Virus record (IMG/VR): IMGVR_UViG_3300020045_006955
Span: 1-26,551 of that record
DNA: 26,551 nt
Source: a virus
Taxonomy: Duplodnaviria > Caudoviricetes
Reading direction: 5' to 3' (one strand)
The translations under genes were made by a program, and so were the position numbers. Numbering within the stretch: the first letter of the stretch is position 1; each line of letters opens with the position of its first letter. Below, piece after piece: positions 24,926 through 26,551 of the stretch. The notes below the pieces were generated by a model. It was not told the origin of the DNA, did not search any database, and saw only the letters and a program-made list of their open reading frames with translations.

Positions 24926-25321
24926 ATGGAAACTTCTCAAAAATTTGAATTTATCAAAAAAAATATAAATGCAGTTCATGGAACTGGTACTCACATTGTA
25001 AAAGCAAAAAAAGAACGCATTCAATTTTATAACGATAATTTTAATAGATTAGTAAATTTATCGGAGGAGCAATTGAAAGTACATAATTTTACAAATGAAG
25101 TTTTAAACGCTTCACAAATGATTTTAAAACGTAATTTATTACCTAAATTAATGAAAAAAGTTTATCGTTTAGAAACGCACCAAAACGCACCAGAATTAAA
25201 CAAATTACATTTTACAAATAACGAATTTGTAAAAGTACCACAAAGAAAAACTATTGAGGATGCTTTAACTTGTGTTATTAATACCATGAGTTTAGAACAT
25301 TTACAAAAACTATCAAAATAA
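24926..25321 (+). CDS. Hypothetical protein
   Basis: 131-aa ORF with A-rich start region. Confidence 0.75.
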   Translation: METSQKFEFIKKNINAVHGTGTHIVKAKKERIQFYNDNFNRLVNLSEEQLKVHNFTNEVLNASQMILKRNLLPKLMKKVYRLETHQNAPELNKLHFTNNEFVKVPQRKTIEDALTCVINTMSLEHLQKLSK

Positions 25322-25346
25322 TTTTAATCTTAAAAAATCAAACATT

Positions 25347-25523
25347 ATGAAAATTCAAACATTAAACCCAATGCAGCAACACGAAGTAAGTAAAGCGCAT
25401 GCAATCGTAATTTTTAGCAACAAAGAAACGGTTTTAGGCGCAAGTTTAACCCAGCCCGAAAAACTGATTAAAATGGAAAGTTTGAGCGATTTCCAGCAGT
25501 TTGCAAAATTTTATATTGTTTAA
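25347..25523 (+). CDS. Hypothetical protein, 58 aa (MKIQTLNP...KFYIV), not in ORF track
   Basis: Read manually; tiles with neighbours. Confidence 0.65.
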   Translation: MKIQTLNPMQQHEVSKAHAIVIFSNKETVLGASLTQPEKLIKMESLSDFQQFAKFYIV

Positions 25524-25541
25524 CAAAAACATCAAAATATC

Positions 25542-25697
25542 ATGACAATTCAAGAAAAAATAAACAAAAAAGGCTTTAATTTAGTAGCTAGTTATAATGG
25601 CGGTTTGAGAGTAGGTTATTTTGCAACGCACAAAATTTATGCTCAAAAAACAAAAACTTACAAAAATCAAAAAGAAGTTTTAAACGCAATAAAATAA
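25542..25697 (+). CDS. Basic hypothetical protein, 51 aa (MTIQEKIN...LNAIK), not in ORF track
   Basis: Read manually; tiles with neighbours. Confidence 0.65.
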   Translation: MTIQEKINKKGFNLVASYNGGLRVGYFATHKIYAQKTKTYKNQKEVLNAIK

Positions 25698-25701
25698 GTT
25701 T

Positions 25702-25803
25702 ATGAGAAAGAACCCACGCAAACACCACGAACTAACTTACATCGTACCAATTGCAAACGCTGTAATTTTCACGATCATTATTTTATCAATCTTTTTAAAC
25801 TAA
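25702..25803 (+). CDS. Small membrane peptide, 33 aa (MRKNPRKHHELTYIVPIANAVIFTIIILSIFLN)
   Basis: Basic N-terminus followed by a ~20-residue hydrophobic run. Confidence 0.55.
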   Translation: MRKNPRKHHELTYIVPIANAVIFTIIILSIFLN

Positions 25804-25808
25804 AAAAT

Positions 25809-25932
25809 ATGAATATCAAAGGATTATGTTAATAATTTTCTAACAGTTCAGGCATTTGCAGATCATCACGGAATTACGGCAAACGAGGCAGACATAATAA
25901 TAAATACAGGTAGAAAATTAAACAATCAGTAA
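25809..25932 (+). pseudogene. Frame-broken small phage gene (MNIK / DYVNNFLTVQAFADHHGI...)
   Basis: ATG frame stops after 7 codons; the +1 frame from 25822 reads 36 protein-like codons with no ATG of its own. Confidence 0.5.
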
Positions 25933-25950
25933 AATGTAGGAAAACAAAAC

Positions 25951-25996
25951 AAAAAAGCTTTAAAATTGTAGTTAATCGATTTTAAAGCTTTTTTTT
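25951..25996 (+). terminator. Intrinsic (possibly bidirectional) terminator
   Basis: AAAAAAGCTTTAAAATTG / CGATTTTAAAGCTTTTTT stem. Confidence 0.75.
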
Positions 25997-26005
25997 AGTC
26001 TAAAA

Positions 26006-26042
26006 TTTGCCACTATGCGGAAATAGTGCAAAATTTGCTACA
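26006..26042 (+). promoter_or_regulatory. Probable early promoter: TTTG-N20-AAAATTTG(CTACA)
   Basis: -33/-7 spacing fits Bacteroidota promoters with one -7 mismatch; shares a 12-mer with 23835-23846. Confidence 0.45.
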
Positions 26043-26079
26043 GAAATAACAACGAAGTTATTTTGTAAGTCCAATCAAA

Positions 26080-26196
26080 ATGAAAAATCTTTTAAATTTA
26101 TTCGGCAAAATTAGTGTAGTTATAATAGTTTCTTTAACTATTTGGTTATTCTTAAATTGTTTCATCTTTACAAATCCTGTAACTTTTAAATTTTAA
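26080..26196 (+). CDS. Small membrane peptide, 38 aa (MKNLLNLFGKISVVIIVSLTIWLFLNCFIF...)
   Basis: Read manually; single hydrophobic segment. Confidence 0.6.
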   Translation: MKNLLNLFGKISVVIIVSLTIWLFLNCFIFTNPVTFKF

Positions 26197-26200
26197 TAAT

Positions 26201-26539
26201 ATGAAAAATTCAAAAATTTTAATTGCTTTGCTTTTTGCTTCAATGTTTGCAAATGGCTTATTAACTGCCATAATTGAAGATAGAAACGCCTTAATTGAAG
26301 TGCAAAAAAAACAATTAAACAAATCTAAAGTATATCTTCCCGAAGAATGGCAAGAAATCTCAAGAACAACTCCTATTGTTGGTTATATAGATAATGATTC
26401 TATTTTACATATAGAATTTGACAACTCTGTTAAATTCGTTTGGGAAGGTTTAGAGAATGAAATTCCTAAAGATGGTGATCAATTGATAAACTTATCTACA
26501 AATGAAAATACAATTTATTTAAACCCAATTGACAAATGA
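26201..26539 (+). CDS. Hypothetical protein with N-terminal signal/membrane anchor
   Basis: MKNSK followed by hydrophobic ILIALLFASMFANGLLTAII. Confidence 0.7.
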   Translation: MKNSKILIALLFASMFANGLLTAIIEDRNALIEVQKKQLNKSKVYLPEEWQEISRTTPIVGYIDNDSILHIEFDNSVKFVWEGLENEIPKDGDQLINLSTNENTIYLNPIDK

Positions 26540-26551
26540 AAAAATATCCAT

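Larger units (their letters stand above)
1..26551 (+). mobile_element. Bacteriophage or prophage genome segment: lambda-like head genes plus Mu-like contractile tail, probable Bacteroidota host
   Basis: Continuous co-oriented phage gene set (S49 protease, capsid E, sheath, tube, tape measure, baseplate); TAnnTTTG promoters; no host housekeeping genes. Confidence 0.95.

Noticed and set aside
1-26551. Stop-codon reassignment
   Set aside because: Genes tile densely and at expected lengths under the standard code; the only tRNA is not a suppressor

Overview
AT-rich fragment of a tailed dsDNA phage, almost certainly a Bacteroidota (Flavobacterium-like) myovirus: repeated TAnnTTTG '-7' promoters, A-rich start regions without Shine-Dalgarno sequences, and all credible genes on the + strand. 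Order: a tandemly duplicated Sak4-like ATPase/YqaJ-like exonuclease recombination module (1-2400); small ORFs joined by an identical TGTAACTATG junction plus an Acb2/Tad1-like putative anti-defence protein (2403-3559); a lambda-type head module (S49 protease with nested scaffold, decoration protein, major capsid E) and a Mu-type contractile tail module (3848-17209); an HNH/AP2-type homing endonuclease that appears inserted into the 5' end of a neck gene (17209-18859); a ~0.9 kb non-coding island with an initiator-like tRNA-Met and candidate small RNAs (18860-19770); a displaced Mu N-P-Q-like baseplate hub block (20681-23635); then a repeat/terminator boundary and a probable early region of small genes. 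The most unusual signal is a promoter-hairpin-terminator leader with complementary ('kissing') loops that occurs twice with different, compensating loop sequences. No terminase, portal, lysis or integrase gene is recognisable. All family calls come from motif recognition and synteny, not database searches.
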